A DNA stretch of 64,000 nucleotides from Scyliorhinus canicula (GCF_902713615.1 NW_024055446.1:1-64000); one strand, 5' to 3'. Shown: positions 1-11,959, counted from the first letter of the stretch. Translations and numbers: made by a program. Notes: generated by a model from the letters alone, not told the origin.

Positions 1-39
1 GTAAGACAGAGAGAATGCATGTGTGAGAGACTGTATATC

Positions 40-1990
40 TGTGTTTCGTGTGTTGTGCGCCGAAGCACCCATGCTGTGTACAACTGAATGTCACTCAGGT
101 CACAGGCATTCCTTCCAATTTCAATAGATAACCAACAAATATCCACGGATTTCGAGACAAGTGTTGCCACATGAAGCTCCCAATTGTCGTTCTGGGTTTT
201 CATATTCTCGGTTTATGTCAATGTCAAAGCTGCTAAATCCACTGGTCCAGGGGCTCATACCAGCCCACCGGAAGTGCCGGCAATTTTTTCCGTTGCTGCT
301 GGTGACACCCAATTGCGATGCTTAATATTTAGGTTTAGGGACATTATGTCACACTTAGAAGAAACCTTGAAGTGGAATATCTGGCTCCCCACTGGATACG
401 TGGCTCCGGCTGCTTCGCGAAGTGAAAATTCCTTGGTCATGTGACCATCTTCCATTTGGAGACCACACTGGAACCGTGCAAACCACCTCTTTTTGATTGT
501 TTTGAAGGGACTTGGAAGCTCTGTCTTTGAGAGAACTGCTGCATTTCTGATTTTGTCCTGCCAGTAAATCTCCATAATGCACTGCGGACAACAAAGATGA
601 AATTTTTTGAGCTATTTTTCTTGACAGCTGCAAGTGTTCCTTGTTTCACAGACATACAGCAAGGTTCATAGAATCATAGAATTTACAGTGCAGAAGAAGG
701 CTATTCGGCCCATCAAGTCCCTTGGAGACAGCATCCTACCTAACCCGTACCTCCACCCTATCCCACATCTCCACCGTATCTCTGTAACCCCATCTGACCT
801 TTTTGGATGCTAATGGTAATTTAGCACAGCCAATCCACCTATCCTGGACATCTTAGGACTGTGGGAGGAAACCGGAGCGCCCGGTGGAACCCACGCAGAC
901 ACGGGAGAGAATGTGCAGACTCTGCACAGTGACCCAAGGCAGAAATTGAACCGGTGACCCTGAAGCTATGGAGCAACTGTGCTTGCCACTGTTCTAACTT
1001 GCTGGCCTAAGGTTCTGAGAGTTTAGGCCTTATAAACCATTAGCTCATTCCAAAGCTTGATGTTATTCCATGGACATTTTAATGAGTCAAACAAAGGTAG
1101 TACATGCTTTCCCCATGTCAGCATCATGTTCTACATCAAGGCTGAAAGTGCAACACCTTGTCCATGATCACTGTTTTCCTCATGCTTATGGCAAGGAAGA
1201 ACAAGTTACAGGCATTGGGGACAGAGTCATGAGTCTCTGTGGATGATGTTTTGTTTGGATGATCGAATTTCAGCGTGGAGGAATTCTCTGATGCGGATGC
1301 ATTGTGATTTTGTCCCTGTTTTGATGACTGAAAGGTTGTAGGGGTTGCAGCCTGACCGAGTGTGCTAGTGGATTTCATCCCATATCTTCAGGGAAGGCAA
1401 AGATCAGCAGCTTGAAGAGAAAGCTCCCGAATAGAGTTGGGTAAATCACACGGTCCTCTTTCACTCAATTATTCACTTAGAATCTGTCGGAAGTGGAATC
1501 GTCAATCTGTACAGTGCAGTGCATTTTGCCATGGAAGAAGTGAATGAGACAGGGGAGCTTTAGCAGACAGCCAATTATCCCCAAAACCTATAGTCTCTGC
1601 TCTGCTGACGGTGTCGAATGTTTATTGATGTTGATGAAAGCAAGGTGAAGAGGTAGACTTGTCGTACAGGGAACAGATCACGCCCAGAGTAAATCTTGCG
1701 ACACAGACACCGCACCTTGCATCCAGCGACATTCAGCCTGCAAGCAGATGATGTATTTAAAGTGTGAAGCCAGCAAAGCCCTTCCCAGTGCTGCTATAAG
1801 TGAGATAGGTCAATAGTTGCTGCAGTTTCCTCTGTCCACTTTGTTTTCAGATATTGGTTATGATTTTGCATCATGAATCTCCTGTGGGATGGTTTATATC
1901 TTCCATCAGAGAAGGAGAAGGCCACAAATGTTCAGAAACACAGTAATTATATTCATCAATCTTCATTCAATTATGAATATAAATAATTGA
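40..1990 (-). mobile_element. Degenerate RTE-clade LINE fragment (RT and C-terminal part), interrupted by a SINE
   Basis: Minus-strand translation gives WQDKIRNAAVLSKTELPS...MEDGH (255-575) and a decayed match to GVKQGCVLAPTLF...FAFPEDM near 1380-1500. Many stops and frameshifts; boundaries approximate. Confidence 0.65.
666..996 (-). mobile_element. V-SINE (HE1-like tRNA-derived SINE)
   Basis: Reverse complement of the GGGTT(T)CC..GGGCGCTCCGGTTTCCTCCCACAGTCC core, with a CR1-like TTCTATGA tail. Confidence 0.8.
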
Positions 1991-2049
1991 ATTCACCAAT
2001 TACCGTCGTTTCACAAAAATTAATACAGTTTTAAATTAAGTTATATGGT

Positions 2050-2870
2050 GCGGGTGTCGCTAGTTGGGCCATGATTTATTGACCATCGCTAATTGTCTTT
2101 CACAAAGTGGTGATGTGCTACCTATTTGAACCTCCGCAGTCACTCTGGTGTCGGTACACCGACGGTGCTGTTAGGGAGGGAGTTATAGTCGTTCGAACCA
2201 GCGACACCGAAGATGCTGCGATATATTTCCAAGTCAGGATAGTGAGTGATTTGGAGGGGAATTTCCAGGTGGTGATCTTTCCATGTGTCAGCTGCCTTTT
2301 CCTTCTAGAAGGCAATGGGCCTGGATTTAGAAGGTGTTTCAAAGGAGACTTGATGGGTTTCTGTGGTGCATCTTGCGGATGGTAAATTATTGTCATTGTT
2401 CAACGGTGGTGGATGGAACCTTGCCTCCCACTAAATCTCCTCTAAACTTTGCCGCACGGACCTTAATCCTATGCTACCTGGTGACTGACCTTGCCACCCT
2501 GGGAATGAGTTCCTGCCATCCATTCTAGCCATGTCCATCATAAGAGTGGTTGCACATAGGGTGACAATCAAGCGGGCTGCTTTGACCTGGATGGTGTCAA
2601 GCTTCTTCAATGTTGTTGGAGCTGCACCCAGCCAGGCAACTGGAGAGTATTCAATTACACTCCTGACTTATGCCTCATAGATGGTGAACAGGCTTTGGGA
2701 GTCATGAGTGAGCTACTCGCCACAGATTCTCTAGACCCTGACCAGATCATGTCACCTCAGCATTTATATGGTCAGTCCAGGACAGTTTCTGGTCAATGGT
2801 AACCCCAGGCTGTTGATAATTGGGGATTCAGCGATGACAATATCATTGAATGTCAAGGAGAGATTGTTAG
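2050..2870 (-). mobile_element. CR1/L2-clade LINE 3' fragment
   Basis: The mirror copy translates KKLDTIQVKAARLI (59047-59262). The same family recurs at 43.0-43.6, 46.6-47.8 and 62.8-63.7 kb. Confidence 0.65.
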
Positions 2871-3791
2871 ATTCTATTTTGGTGGAGATGGTCATTCTTT
2901 AGCACTTCCGTGGCGAATGTTACCAATTATCACAACTCACAAAGTTAAATACTTATATGAATCAATTATGATCAACTCACAACATAAATAGTTACATTCA
3001 CCTATTATTTTCCGCATTTGGTTTTACAAAATGTAAATGCAATTCATTTAAGGGAGGTGGATTTGAGACCAGGAAGAGATCAGCCATGATGATTGAACGG
3101 CGGAGCAGGCTCCAATGTCTGAAACTCCGACTTCTGCTCCTAATTCCTATGTTTAACATAATTTATTGGAGATTAACTTCATTGAGATAGCATTGACCAT
3201 TCTGTCACCAACAAGTACATCTGCGTCAGAATTCAATGTGAAATTGAATTAAACCACACCGAGGATAATGTGCAGCCTCCCAGCAGCCTCTGCGCTGTAT
3301 TGGTCAGTAATCACCTCGTCCTCACACAGAATCGCCAGACTGGAGGGTGAGATGATTTTTAAAGTGTCGGTAGAAATGAAAATACCTGTACCTGATGTGA
3401 CATTAATGAATCATTAAATCCCGATTTGTTATTACACTGTTTTGGAAAGCAATTCAACGTCTGCATCTGTCCACTGAGTTTGACAGGATTTCTGTTTTCA
3501 GTCTGGTGTCTTCATTAAGTTGTGTCGGGACATCTGGAGTGACTTTTGTACATGAAATGACCACATGCACACAATATTACAACCGTCCCTCCTCAATGTA
3601 ATCATTTTCCCGCTTTCTGCCTTTGAAATGAAGATTCGCCATCAGCAGAGAAGAATCACCAGAACCGCAGGAATATCTCTACTTTCCTCTTAGTGACGTC
3701 CAGCTCGTCAGTTCCCGATAGTCTGGGGATGGAATTCACCCAGAAAAGCTTCAGCCACCGAATATATTAGTCTGGCACTAATTATCATATT

Positions 3792-4128
3792 CATAGAGTA
3801 TCATAGAATTTACAGTGCAGAAGGAGGCCATTTGGCCCATCGAGTCTGCACCGGCTCTTGGAAAGAGCACCCTGCCCAAAGTCAACACCTCCACCTTATC
3901 CCCATAACCCAGTAACCCCACCCAACACTAAGGGCAATTTTGGACACTAACAGCAATTTATCATGGCCAATCCACCTAACCTGCACATCTTTGGACTGTG
4001 GGAGGAAACCGGAGCACCCGGAGGAAACCCACACACACACGGGGAGGATGTGCAGACTCCACGCAGACAGTGACCCAAGCCGGAATCGAACCTGGGACCC
4101 TGGAGCTGTGAAGCAATTGTGCTATCCA
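3792..4128 (-). mobile_element. V-SINE (HE1-like)
   Basis: GTGGGAGGAAACCGGAGCACCCGGAGGAAACCCAC core and TCATAGAA tail. Confidence 0.85.
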
Positions 4129-6323
4129 CAAATTATGAAGGACCTGCTTTAATTTATCAAGCGCAAAATTGAGAATGTGGAACAACATCTTTCAGACCAT
4201 CTATCCATCCATCCATCAACCACATTCACTGATTCCTCATTCAAAATATTCAGGCATCCAACCAACATCCATCCCTACATGAAAGCAGTCATCTCTTTAT
4301 CTTTTGGCACGTGGTGGTGTAGTATTCATGTTATTGTACCAGTAATCCAAAGGCCCAGTCTAATCCTGTGGGGACTCAGGTACAAATCCCACTCTGGTCA
4401 GTAGTGGAATTTGATATCAATTAATAAATATGGAATACATACTAATGGTGACCATGAAATCCCCTCTGCATCATCAATGAAGGAAATCTGACATCCCTCC
4501 CTGGTCTCACCTACATGTGGCTCCAGTCAGACATCAACATGTCTGACTCTTCAGTTCCTTCTGAGCTGGCCCACTCAGTTCAACAGCAATTAGGGACAGG
4601 GATCACATGGTGGTCTTGCCAGTGAGTCCCACATTCCATGGAAGAATAAAGGGAAAACACATCAATGCACATGTTTATCTATTACAAAATGTACCCTCTG
4701 TCTGATAGTCTGCTTGTATTTCTATCCATCATCACAATGTTATGAGGTGTGGGAGAGATCCTCCAGCCGGTTAGTGTTGTTAAGAGAGGCTAGAAAAGCT
4801 GGATAACTCTCCTTTCCTTAGAGATGGGAACAGTTCAAATAAATTCGCAATTTAAAACATAAAATGATCTCCAGTACTGTTGCTGGGTAGATTTGTTTAT
4901 AAATAGTCCTCATTGACAATGTTAAGAATTTGAAGTTGGCTTGCAGCCAAGCGGTCAGTACTGAGGAAACAGATCTTTGAAAAACAAATGCAGATGCTTC
5001 CTGTAAACAACATCGAACATTCGAGCCTCCCTGACTGCAGGCGGCTGGACTGCTGCCAAATACTGTGTGGGGCAGATTAGCCTGAATATGAATGGATTAA
5101 ATGGGATTTATCCATTCAAACAATAAATGTTTCAGTCTCACATGAAGTAAACGTTTTAAATGGTGATCCATGCAAATAAATATATTCACTGAATGTTTTG
5201 TTCACTATGAGATTAAACACAATGGGAAAATAGTTAACTGACCAGATGCTATTTAATTTATATTAGTTCCGAGGAAAGGTCACTCTAGTTATTAAAGTCC
5301 GTTTGTTAAGAGCCTAATGAAGTGAGAGTGAGTGGTGTGATGGACCCCAATCCACAAGTTCAATAAGATGACTTCAATTACAAAAAATAAAATAAAATGA
5401 ATTTAAAGTAAATAAACTGCATTAAACTCGCGGGGATTCCTAGAATATTCTCTGAATTCTTGATCTCCTTGATCTCTTATACCCGATTAACACCGTGTTA
5501 TGTACAGTTTAATTTGTCTGGATTTCAATTGTTTAACAGTCCCTCTCATTGCTGCCAATGAGTGGAGAAATGACCAGTTCATGACCTGCTTTAGTGGAGA
5601 ATAAAACATTTATTCCTGTGATATTGTGTAATATGCCGCAAAGTCCTGATATCCTGTGTTCCCAACACCAGTGAATGTTAGACAGCCGCTGGTCAGTAAA
5701 ATTAGCGGCAACGATTTGGATGCTAAAGGATAACTTTGCTGATCGCCGCGTCCGTTCTGATTCATTAACTTCTCTGTCAAAAGCTGGTCTGAATTTTATG
5801 TTTTTCTGTCAACTCACTGCTGAATTACCAGGCAAGCGGCTTCTTTACCGTTAATGTTCACCGGACTGTCTGAGGCTCAGGGGCAAATCGAGAAATGTAA
5901 AGAGAGACATTGTATAATGTGAGGAGTTTCTTCTTGTCGACAGACCCACATTGTACAGTGATGGCCATCCGCACTGCTAATGTAATCACGTCATTCATTC
6001 CCTCATTTAGTTACATTTCGTCTGAGAAATTATACTTTGCTGTTGTAATTGGATAGACAGACGATTTATACCCTGATAAATGTAATTTATTCTGTTTATG
6101 TTCATCCCTTTATATTGGAGTGCAGAAATAAAGAGACTTAATGTATAATGGAATTAGATTTTACTCAGAGATGCTCAAATATAATTTTCTATTCGGATGA
6201 GGAGAGACATTACAGTGAATCTATTCAGCCAAACAAATATACCAATCTAATGTCACTTTTAATAATAACCTATAGTAAATATCTGGGTCCATTCTGTTGG
6301 GGGTGTGGAAGGTGGGACGTGGA

Positions 6324-6396
6324 TCCAGGCGCCGCCTCCACCAGGGAATCAACAGGCGGCGCCTGGAAAGCCGCCCCCTTCTGCCGGGTATTTAAA
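6324..6396 (+). promoter_or_regulatory. VH promoter: 14-bp GC-rich inverted repeat (6324-6337 / 6354-6367) and TATA-like TATTTAAA (6389-6396)
   Basis: About 100 bp upstream of the leader ATG and conserved in the second VH copy (55220-55293). Confidence 0.65.
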
Positions 6397-6487
6397 TGCC
6401 GATCACTGGGACCCGAATCCAACAGTCCGGGAGCTGGTTTGTTCACTGAGTTCCTGACACAACCATTTCCCCCAAATGACCAGAAGG

Positions 6488-6533
6488 ATGAGGTGGGCCA
6501 TTTCTCTCAGTTTGTTGCTGACTTTCTTATCCC
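6488..6533 (+). CDS. IGHV: IgH V leader exon (MRWAISLSLLLTFLS+C)
   Basis: ATG at 6488, hydrophobic signal peptide, phase-1 GTGAGT donor at 6534; acceptor TTTTTACAG ends at 6661. Confidence 0.93.
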
Positions 6534-6661
6534 GTGAGTAGTTTTTATTGTCCAAGTCTCTCACTGTTACTGTCTCAGTGTTAGTCTCTCTCTGGAATGT
6601 TCCAGAGTCACCAATCATTTCACCAGCATTAATCCTCGGGCTTTTTGATATATTTTTACAG

Positions 6662-6967
6662 GTGTCCAGTCGGATGTTGTGTTGACTCAGCCAGAGGCAG
6701 AGACCGGGCGTCCCGGAGGCTCCCTGACACTGACCTGTAAAACCAGCGGCTTCAATCTTGGCAGCACTAACATGCACTGGGTCCGACAGGTTCCCGGACA
6801 GGGGCTGGAGTGGCTGGTTTACTACTATAGTTCATCAGACAACAGCTACGCCCCAGCCATTAAAGATCGATTCACTGCGTCCAAAGACACTTCAAACAAC
6901 ATCTTCTCTTTGGCCATGAGGAGCCTGAAGATCGAAGACACCGCCATCTATTACTGTGCAAGAGACC
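6662..6967 (+). CDS. IGHV: Germline IgM VH segment, open frame ([26 protein letters not shown]...WVRQ...YYCARD)
   Basis: Both Cys, WVRQ and YYCAR motifs are present and there are no stops. Confidence 0.97.
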
Positions 6968-7006
6968 CACAGCGAGAGGAACCAGGGCTGGACCCGCACA
7001 AGAACA
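6968..7006 (+). promoter_or_regulatory. VH 23-RSS: CACAGCG - 23 bp - ACAAGAACA
   Basis: Heptamer 6968-6974, spacer 6975-6997, nonamer 6998-7006. Confidence 0.92.
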
Positions 7007-7375
7007 GCTCGGGAGGGAATTCAACAACGTCCATCGTTACCTGAAGGTCAGCACTTGATCCAAATCTAATATTAATGTCAGTGATCAGAGTCATTGCACA
7101 CGCTGCTTCTTACATAACTCACACAGAGAAAATTAAACAGTAAAGCCGAACAAACCAATCGATCTAATAGGATGAGCTTTTGTCTGTTATATTTACTGTT
7201 CACAGTTTCAGCAAATACAGACTTGAATATAATCATCGTTTTATTATTCCTGATACTTGGGAAAATCTATGTACATTGGATTTGATAAACTGCTGTATAA
7301 ATAGTAAATTAGATCAGAAGTAAACGTGTATTTGAAGTGAATATTGAGCGGCAGGACTGAACAGAGAGTGAGTGC

Positions 7376-7453
7376 AGTTTTTGTGCGGGTGTCTGTCACT
7401 GTGACTACAGTGGGTCACAGTGCTGTGCACAGCGACATCCTCATACAAAAACC
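7376..7453 (+). CDS. D1 segment ACTACAGTGGGT (7404-7415) with 5' 12-RSS and 3' 22-RSS
   Basis: AGTTTTTGT-12-CACTGTG | D | CACAGTG-22-ACAAAAACC. Confidence 0.95.
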
Positions 7454-7763
7454 TCAGTGATAGAGCTTGTTCAAATTGGTGATCAGCGTCACAGCAGGAT
7501 CGTCAATGTAAATGAATTTTAAATAAAACAACGTTTGTAACTAATATTAGTTTGCACAAAGGTATAAAAATCTTCCACTTTATCACTGTTCACCGACTCG
7601 CTAAATCTGCACAGAGGGTTTTAAAGTGTTCTGATCCTCTTTATAAATGTAATGACCCGGACAAGCTGAAATAACTCACCCATTCGCTCTTGGAAGAGAC
7701 AGTTAGTTTTTTGTGTGAGCAGTGAAATTAAATCTCTGTATTTTACAGTTAACAGTCTGCCGC

Positions 7764-7827
7764 AGTATTTGACACGCTGTGTCTCACTGTGATACCTGGC
7801 ACAGCAGTTACTGTCAATGCAAAAAGC
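7764..7827 (+). CDS. D2 segment ATACCTGG (7792-7799) with 12/12 RSS
   Basis: AGTATTTGA-12-CACTGTG | D | CACAGCA-12-GCAAAAAGC. Confidence 0.9.
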
Positions 7828-8149
7828 CCGTCAGCACTAATTCACTGAGGCTGGCTCAGTGCTCGCGTTTACAATCCAACTTTATTCACAGTGAAGCATT
7901 ATTTATTTCCAGCACTGACAAAATAATAAGAATGAAAATAGAAATTTAGTGGTCGTTAGTTAGTCACAGTTGGTGATTTCAGTAACATTTCCATATCTGT
8001 GAAATATAAACCATTCGGTCATTTATGAAGAGAGAACGGTATCCACAAATATTAACATAATTTCCTGAAAATTAATCGTGAATTTTCTTTGCCGTTGGTT
8101 TGTGAATATTTAAAATAATGGTGGATTTCTGTCTATTTTGTGCAGGTGC

Positions 8150-8236
8150 GGTTATTGTATGGAGCTGCCCAGGGAATGTGACACTGTGACATCATGGGCT
8201 ACTGGGGACAAGGCACCATGGTGACGGTGACTGCAG
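8150..8236 (+). CDS. IGHJ: JH segment (8189-8236, IMGYWGQGTMVTVTA) with 5' 23-RSS
   Basis: GGTTATTGT-23-CACTGTG, WGQG motif, G|GTAAG donor at 8237. Confidence 0.96.
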
Positions 8237-8570
8237 GTAAGAACCATTCCGTCATTTACCAACTGTTTTACTTGAGAATTTGTTTTATATTTTTCTGCAT
8301 TTTCAAAATCCATTCGTTCACTGAAATGTGTTTTGGTGGATCATGTTTTGCGATGTTGTTGCAATGTTTCATTTGATTCTGCTGAAAGGGGGATATAGAA
8401 TCCCGCGGTTTCTTGACAGAAAGATGCTGCTGAGGGATTCAGTCCCTGTTTGCTGTGATTTGGTGTTTATTTGCTGAGGATACTGTGTGGCCGGGTTACT
8501 TTAAATACAAAACGTGTGTTTTTACGATGTTTAATATCGGTTCTATCTAATATCTACAATTTGTACCGTC

Positions 8571-8880
8571 AATGCTTCACAGCTCCAGGGTCCCAGGTTC
8601 GATTCCCGGCTGGGTCACTGTCTGTGTGGAGTCTGCACGTCCTCCCCGTGTGTGCGTGGGTTTCCTCCGGGTGCTCCGGTTTCCTCCCACAGTCCAAAGA
8701 TGTGCGGGTTAGGTGGATTGGCCATGCTAAATTGCCCATAGTGTAAGGTTAATGGGGGGATTGTTGGGTTACGGGTATACGGGTTACGTGGGTTTAAGTA
8801 AGGTGATCATTGCTCGGCACAACATCGAGGGCCGAAGGGCCTGTTCTGTGCTGTACTGTTCTATGTTCTATGTTCTATGT
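8571..8880 (+). mobile_element. 5'-truncated V-SINE present only in this arm of the duplication
   Basis: V-domain core and (TGTTCTA)n tail. The flanks are contiguous in the mirror arm at 53041-53060. Confidence 0.85.
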
Positions 8881-11800
8881 TCTGCACAAGTGTATGAGAT
8901 CGATCCCAACATTGACAAAATGTGCTAAGTTTCTGTATTATCTTATTGAACATGTTCTGCTTACTGAAAGTGCTGATGGTATTATTCAGGTTTTCTGTTT
9001 AGTTTACCTGTTCGTTCATTTGATGAAATGGGGGTTTGGTGCATTCTAAATTGAAATGTTCTTGCAATGTTACATTTGATTCTTTTGGAAGTGTTTGTAG
9101 AATTGAGCTGCTTCTCCGTGATGTTTCACTCCTTCAGTGATGTGGTTTGGTGTTTTCCTGCTGAGGAATGTTTTTGGGTGACTTTGTGTAGGAAAGTTTG
9201 TGAAACGGTTTGGTGTGTCTGTATTGTTTCAACTCGGTGACACTGAGCGGTTACTCGGTTTGTGATTGAATGCAAAGGGTATACGTGTTTGAAACTGCTT
9301 GTCGCAGAGGACAGGGAGGCTGTTAGTGCATCTTGAAAAACAGTGAAAATTGCAGATTAAACTTTTACGTTTTCCGACAAATCCTTTCCGAGCACAGATT
9401 GTTGCTGCAATCACAGTTTGCCGTTTGTGCAAAGTTTAATCTCCGTGGCATCTGATGGTTGCAGCTTTTACCATCAACTGCAAACATTAAAAGCATTTAA
9501 ATGTGTTTGAAAAATGACTCAGTATGAAAAAAATGGTTGAGTTTCAATATTTATTTGTTGTTAATATTCGAGCACCTCGCAATGCTATTGTTGTTATTCC
9601 ACATTTCTGTTTAGTTTAATAATTTATACATTTGGTTACGAGCTGCTTTGCTGGATATTGATATTTTCTTGCAATATTAAGTTTGATCCACTTCGGTGTA
9701 GAATTGAGCTGCTTCTCCATAAACGGGTTTCAGTCCTTCATTGATGTAATTTAGTGTTTTGTTCTGCTGAGGAGATTGTGTATCTGGGTGACTTTAAATG
9801 ATTCAGATCTGTCAAACGGTTCAGCGTTTCTGCATTGTTTCTGCATTGTTTAAACTCCGTGACACTGAGCGGTTGCACGTTTTCTGGTTGAATGCAAACA
9901 GTCTAGGCGTTTGAAAATGCTTGAAGGGCGATTGTCGGGAAAAAAAAACAGCCAGGCTTAAGAAAATAATCTAATAAAGATATATTGATGCATTTTGTAA
10001 TTTTAACTGATGCTTCCAGATTAAACGAAATAGTGACTGAAACGCCCATGCAGAACACAGTAACATGTATATAATTCATACAATTGCAATGCGGTGATAC
10101 AACTCTATATTAACCAAGGGTTATTTTAGATTAATATAATTCAGCATCAATCACCTTTCACAATCCTGCTGTGTTCTGCACGAGGTTGACATGACCGGAC
10201 AGGTTTCTCGGCTGGAAATACTTTGTAGTTCCAGTTATTCTATTATTTCAGTGCCGCTGCAACCATATTGTACCTCCACTGTAATGCGTAGTTGGATAGC
10301 GAGGGAATTATCACCAATCTAATCTTAAACAGGTTTCTGAGATGTGGAAGTCGCTGCAAATCAATGAATTGTTCCCATGATATTATTTGTATTATAGGAA
10401 AGTTCAGATTGCATATGGCAAGAGATTGAAAAGTAAAAGCTTGAATGTCAAACCGATGTATTTATTTACAAAAGGTTAACAGTACCTTTGCATTTTATAA
10501 TGACATCCTGTCTCCCACGGCTGTGCTCTACACACGATAGAATTATAGGAAGAACAGATGATAGGAAAGAAGGAATGATTATATCTTAGCTTTAGGCTTA
10601 AAAGTTATTAAATGCTAAATTCAACAACAAATTCTCCACTTGCTCATAATGGGTGAGTTTTGCAAATGATTTGAACAAACTCAGCTGTTCTCGTTATATT
10701 CATTACTTTCTGAGAATAGATGGAGTTTATGATTTATCAATGTGTTCAGAAAGGTGCAGATTTTACACATTTGTAGTTCGAATAGAGCAATTTGAGTTTA
10801 AAAAAATGTGAATTTAGTCAATTAAATGTTAAGATGATTCCATCGAGTAAGTTGGAGTTTACTGTTCAACATTGTTTGATTGTCAGGTTGTTTTAATTAA
10901 ATCCCAATTATTTCACAAAGCTCTGGGTAAAAACAAATTGGGGATTATTGAATGCTATTTTTATTATATTCATTATTATAGTACAGATAATCGAATAAAT
11001 ATTTAGCTGACAATTAACAATAACTTACAATACAATATCAGTGAGAATTAATTCAATATAAATGATCTCCTACAATTGAGTTGTATCCTGGCGTGCAATA
11101 TCTCAAATGTCTTAGATAATTTTAATAATATCTGAAATTAATTGAGGAAACCATACATTTCTTTATACTGCTGTGTGCAGCTAAATTCTTTTTCTGATTA
11201 CATTCTTTTGCCCTGATTCTTTTTCTGATTACATTTAATTGTGTTTTTAGATCATATCAGTGGGTAATGTGAATATTTCCTGGTTTGTTTAATTATTGCC
11301 CTGTCACTGAGTCTCTGTTCTGTCAATAATCTACCCTGAATCTGTAATATTTAATCTGCTCATTTTCAGCAAAACTACTTTTTGCCCAATTATCGAGTTT
11401 TGAGATAGACAGAGAGAAATTGTTAAAAACCAAACGCAGTTTTGAAATTAATGTCAGTTTAATTTCAAATTAGTCACTAAATTATTGTTGTCGGAAGTTG
11501 GCCATTGATAAATTAAAATCAAACAGTTTCATGAAACTGACAGATTGAACAGATCTATCTGCTGGAACTCGATTGTTGCCATGTGTGTCTGTTCAGTTTC
11601 TGTGCGCGCGGTCACTGTGCTGGGACCAGGAATCTTCCTGACTGGTTGTAAATCTTCTGCTTCATTTTCCAATATTTCAGGGAGTGCAATTTGATCAAGC
11701 CCTTCAATAAAACTTGTGTATGTGTGAAATGTGGAAATTGTACTTGATGTTTGACTAGGCGACTCAGAAAGGGGATTCCAAACCCAGATAATGACAGTCA

Positions 11801-11959
11801 GAAAGAATTCAGCAGCACCAGACAGGCTGGAGAAGGAGATTTGGTTGATTTTTAAGCAGTGATATATTGGTCTTGGGAATTTTCGATTCGGCAATGTAGA
11901 GAGCGATTTATTGGGTTACATTCCGTGCTGTGGCAGTCCTTGATCTATTTAATGGCTCA

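Noticed and set aside
3940-4188. Recurrent short ORFs such as CVESAHPPRVCVGF and PEHPEETH (also at 8.5, 25.4, 30.4, 31.5, 40.6 and 57.5 kb)
   Set aside because: They are translations of SINE cores, not genes.
9237-9252. GTGACACTGAG in the intron modules as degenerate extra JH segments
   Set aside because: No nonamer at 23 bp, no WGxG frame and no splice donor.
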